From positions 1 to 35,723 of the forward strand of contig JAGVXR010000056.1 of assembly GCA_018303645.1 (NCBI GenBank): 35,723 nt of DNA. Direction: 5' to 3'. Shown here in pieces: positions 33,053-35,723 of this stretch. Source of the DNA: Candidatus Woesearchaeota archaeon (GTDB lineage Archaea > Nanobdellota > Nanobdellia > Woesearchaeales > GW2011-AR4). The position numbers and the translations under genes were made by a program. The notes beneath the pieces are model-generated. The model saw only the letters and a list, made by a program, of their open reading frames with translations. It was not told the DNA's origin and searched no databases. Positions within the stretch are counted from its first letter, which is position 1, and the number at the start of each line of letters is the position of its first letter.

Positions 33053-33200
33053 TTATGTAGGGAAAAACAATGGGATTATTAAATCTTATTTTTTTCTATA
33101 TAGAAAATATGTACTAAAGCTGCGATTAAATTTCAATATTGAAACAAATTAATATATATTTGGTTAACTTTATAAAGAAAATATGAAACCTTATTGCAAA

Positions 33201-34133
33201 ATGAAAATACTTGTTACAGGCGGCAATGGATTTATTGGGCACACGTTAGTCAGGCAGCTTCTTAATGATGGCAATCAAGTCAAAGTTATTGACATAAAGC
33301 CCGTTAAGTTTACGCATCCAAAGCTTGAATTTGTAAAAAAATCAGTACTTGATGACATCAGATGGGAAATGCGCGATTGCGACATGGTTTACCATCTTGC
33401 TGCAGAGCTCGGAGTTATTAATTCTGACAAAAAGCCCTTAAACACTCTAGCTGTAAATATAGATGGTACTGTAAATGTTTTTAGATGTGCGTTGGGCACA
33501 GGCGTTAAAAAAATAGTTTATACTTCCTCTTCAGAGGTTTATGGAGAGCCGAGAGAAGTTCCAATAAAGGAAGACAGCCAGAAAAGCCCCGTAAGCATTT
33601 ATGGTGTTTCTAAATTAACTGCGGAAATGTATGCTTATGGTTATGTAAAGGAATATGGCATGGATATAAATCCAATAAGGCTCTTTAATGTTTATGGGCC
33701 TGGCCAGGGGTTTGAATGGGTTGTCCCTATTTTTATACAAAAAGCGCTTAATACCGAGGCTCCTTTGGTTTTTGGCGACGGAAGCCAGATAAGATGTTTT
33801 ACCAACATAGCAGATGTTATAGGCGGAATGGAAACTATAAGAAAAAAAGGGGCAAAAGGCGAAGCATACAACATAGCAAATACAGAACCCATTACGATGA
33901 GGGAGCTTGCGGAATTAATAGTTAAAGTTTCCGGTAAAAATTTAAAGCCAAAAATAGTCGGATTCGGCTCTGAAACAAGGGCGAAGGAAAGGGAAATAAT
34001 GAAAAGAATACCCAGCATAGAAAAGCTGAAAGCGCTTGGATGGAAGCCTAAGGTTAGAATAGAAGAAGGCATAGAACTAACATATAACTGGTATAAAGAA
34101 AATCTCGGCAAAGAAGAGTTGTTTTACGGGTGA
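33201..34133 (+). CDS. NAD-dependent nucleotide-sugar epimerase/dehydratase (GalE/WbpP-like extended SDR)
   Basis: Start at the second ATG (MKILVTGGNGFIGH), which lies about 25-30 nt downstream of ttaactttataaag. SSSEVYGEP, YGVSKLTAE (Y-x3-K), LFNVYGP. Confidence 0.75.
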   Translation: MKILVTGGNGFIGHTLVRQLLNDGNQVKVIDIKPVKFTHPKLEFVKKSVLDDIRWEMRDCDMVYHLAAELGVINSDKKPLNTLAVNIDGTVNVFRCALGTGVKKIVYTSSSEVYGEPREVPIKEDSQKSPVSIYGVSKLTAEMYAYGYVKEYGMDINPIRLFNVYGPGQGFEWVVPIFIQKALNTEAPLVFGDGSQIRCFTNIADVIGGMETIRKKGAKGEAYNIANTEPITMRELAELIVKVSGKNLKPKIVGFGSETRAKEREIMKRIPSIEKLKALGWKPKVRIEEGIELTYNWYKENLGKEELFYG

Positions 34134-35723
34134 TTAGCTTCTTCCAATTCCGTGGTATAAAATCCCCATTGACTTTATCTTTTCCTTATCCAGGCAATTT
34201 CTGCCGTCAATAACAATAGATATTTTATGTTTTTTTAACTTATTTAAATCAATATTCCTGAACTCATTATGGTCGGTTGCCAGAACCAAATACTGGCTTC
34301 TTTGCAGCAATTCATCCAAATCCTTCACATTGCTGCCGTTTTTTACGTGCGGATCAAAAATAAAAACATCAGCGCCTTTTGTTTTTAAAATATTGATAAT
34401 ATCAAATGAAGGGCTTTCCCTTATGTCATCAACATTTGCCTTGTAGGCCAGACCCAGAACGCCAACTTTCGCTTTTTCTATCTTTTTATTTATTTTTTTT
34501 AATTCGTTTTCAAGCAATTCGACAGTGTAAGAAGGCATGCTGTCATTAATCTCGCGCGCAAGCAAGAGGAATTTATGATAAAACCCAAATTGCTTTGCTT
34601 TTTCTATAAGATAATACGGGTCAACGCTGATGCAATTATGCATAACCAATCCATTTGTGGTTACTACAGTTCCAGTTTCCTCAACTTCCAGAGAGTAAAC
34701 AAAGTCCCCATGCAATTTTTCAATACCCTTGATTTTTAAGGCAGCAAATGTATCATGAAATTCAACATCGGGATAAGTGATAATTTTCTTGACATTAGCC
34801 AAGTATTGCTTAAGTTTTTCCTGTTTTCCCCCAAGGAATATATCTTGAAGGATGTTTATATTTCTTGCTCCATGTAGCCTAATTAAGCCTTCTCTAAGCT
34901 CGTTGCCAGGCACTAGCCTATTGTCTTGCAGCATAATCATAACTTGTTGTTTTAATTTTCCGCTTGAAGTGAAGTAATTTACACTCGCTGTGTTATTATT
35001 ATGCAAATAATCTCTATTTAATTTTTTGTAGTTTCTCTTCTTATTGCTATAATTAACACTAGCATCTCCTCTCAAAATGCCCTTTATTATTTCTATTCTG
35101 AATTTTTTTGGCATTGAAAACAACTTTGGAGGAACTGCCATATTATAACAATTAGTTCCGCATTTTAAGACATCTCTCATGACAATACCAAGAATTTCTG
35201 AGGATATCTTAATGTGATGAGAATGATTTTTCTTATCAAAATATTCAGAATATGCAAATCCTTTTTTATTTATTATAGCTTTTAAATCATTCGTGTATTC
35301 TCTCTCATTTTCACTGAAAGTAAACCTAATTCTTAATGTTTTATCTTCTGTAATACATCCTTCACTTAAGAAATATCCTATCAGCCTTGCAAATTTTTCA
35401 TCTATCTCCAAAATGCCCTTAATTTTTCTTAAATCCGGACCCCTCCCAGTACATAAATAAATCATATCTCTGGGTATTTTAAGGACTTTCTCAGCCTTAA
35501 GAAAATAGCTGAGTGGAAGCATATCATATCTAAAGAAATCATCATGGTATTTGTAACTGGAAATATAGGGTTTTAAAGCTTCTTTATAATCCCTGAAACT
35601 TCCATCTATTAATTTAACTCTTACCTTTTTAGCCAATTCCTCGTTAATATTTTCAATTATATCTATCTTAATCTCTTTCTCAATCTCAGGCAGCTCCAAA
35701 GACACAACCAATCTGTCATTTCT
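34134..35723 (-). CDS. wecC: UDP-N-acetyl-D-mannosamine (UDP-sugar) dehydrogenase, WecC-like, interrupted by an intein; the 5' part is outside the window
   Basis: The ORF-track M at 35711 is an internal TTG, and the frame stays open to 35723. The C-extein (34134-34634) reads CISVDPYYLIEKA...VGVLGLAYKANVDDIRESPS...ATDHNEF. This is the catalytic-Cys motif (GGH)CISVDP plus the UDP-binding domain of the UGDH/WecC family. Confidence 0.8.
   Translation of the reverse strand, partial: RNDRLVVSLELPEIEKEIKIDIIENINEELAKKVRVKLIDGSFRDYKEALKPYISSYKYHDDFFRYDMLPLSYFLKAEKVLKIPRDMIYLCTGRGPDLRKIKGILEIDEKFARLIGYFLSEGCITEDKTLRIRFTFSENEREYTNDLKAIINKKGFAYSEYFDKKNHSHHIKISSEILGIVMRDVLKCGTNCYNMAVPPKLFSMPKKFRIEIIKGILRGDASVNYSNKKRNYKKLNRDYLHNNNTASVNYFTSSGKLKQQVMIMLQDNRLVPGNELREGLIRLHGARNINILQDIFLGGKQEKLKQYLANVKKIITYPDVEFHDTFAALKIKGIEKLHGDFVYSLEVEETGTVVTTNGLVMHNCISVDPYYLIEKAKQFGFYHKFLLLAREINDSMPSYTVELLENELKKINKKIEKAKVGVLGLAYKANVDDIRESPSFDIINILKTKGADVFIFDPHVKNGSNVKDLDELLQRSQYLVLATDHNEFRNIDLNKLKKHKISIVIDGRNCLDKEKIKSMGILYHGIGRS
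34635..35723 (-). mobile_element. LAGLIDADG homing-endonuclease intein (C-terminal about 363 aa visible; N-terminal splice junction beyond the window)
   Basis: The C-terminal splice motif is ...DFVYSLEVEETGTVVTTNGLVMHN|C, with Asn encoded at 34635-34637 and the +1 Cys at 34632-34634. Two LAGLIDADG-type blocks are present: LIGYFLSEGC (35355-35384) and IIKGILRGDASV (35055-35090). Confidence 0.8.

Overview
This is a visibly AT-rich window with dense coding on both strands. It reads as an archaeal cell-surface glycosylation island joined to the gene for its probable substrate. The archaeal assignment rests on several points: TTTATA-type boxes about 25-30 nt upstream of several starts, a PGF-pre-PGF-like domain, a LAGLIDADG intein in a UDP-sugar dehydrogenase, and a Dol-P-sugar synthase / GT-C / Wzx-type flippase trio. 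I cannot assign a lineage from sequence alone.

Layout:
- 1-8176 (minus operon): nucleotide-sugar genes. These are partial GT4, RmlD-like reductase, sugar C-methyltransferase, UDP-glucose dehydrogenase, UXS-like SDR, glucose-1-P cytidylyltransferase, GT2 and a methyltransferase.
- 8279-14227: UDP-xylose synthase, Dol-P-sugar synthase-like GT2, methyltransferase, GT-C membrane transferase and flippase.
- 14251-20503: an alkaline-phosphatase-superfamily gene lies divergent from a tightly packed operon. The operon runs RHH regulator, cysD, cysN, 234-aa minimal AP-superfamily enzyme, DUF2061, deacetylase-like protein, four-helix-bundle protein. No APS kinase, PAPS reductase or classical sulfotransferase is visible.
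- 20706-23445: radical SAM/SPASM, FemAB-family transferase, methyltransferase.
- 23538-28958: a Cys-rich secreted protein followed by a 1500-aa surface protein. The large protein has a seven-blade FG-GAP propeller, eight Ig-like repeats, a Gly13 linker, a PGF-pre-PGF-like domain and a C-terminal TM anchor. By my hand count it carries about 90 N-x-S/T sequons.
- 29062-35723: a UDP-GlcNAc-derived uronic-acid module. It contains a Gfo/Idh/MocA oxidoreductase, a truncated stand-alone UGDH-like protein, WecB, GT4, an epimerase, and a WecC-like dehydrogenase interrupted by an intein exactly at its catalytic Cys. That last gene runs off the window.

Most interesting items:
- the orphan sulfate-activation operon, as a candidate glycan deacetylation/sulfation system with an unassigned transferase;
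- the frame discontinuities and A11 tract at the 5' end of the giant adhesin gene;
- the radical SAM / FemAB pair in an organism presumably lacking murein;
- the intein.

No rRNA, tRNA or CRISPR array was recognised.
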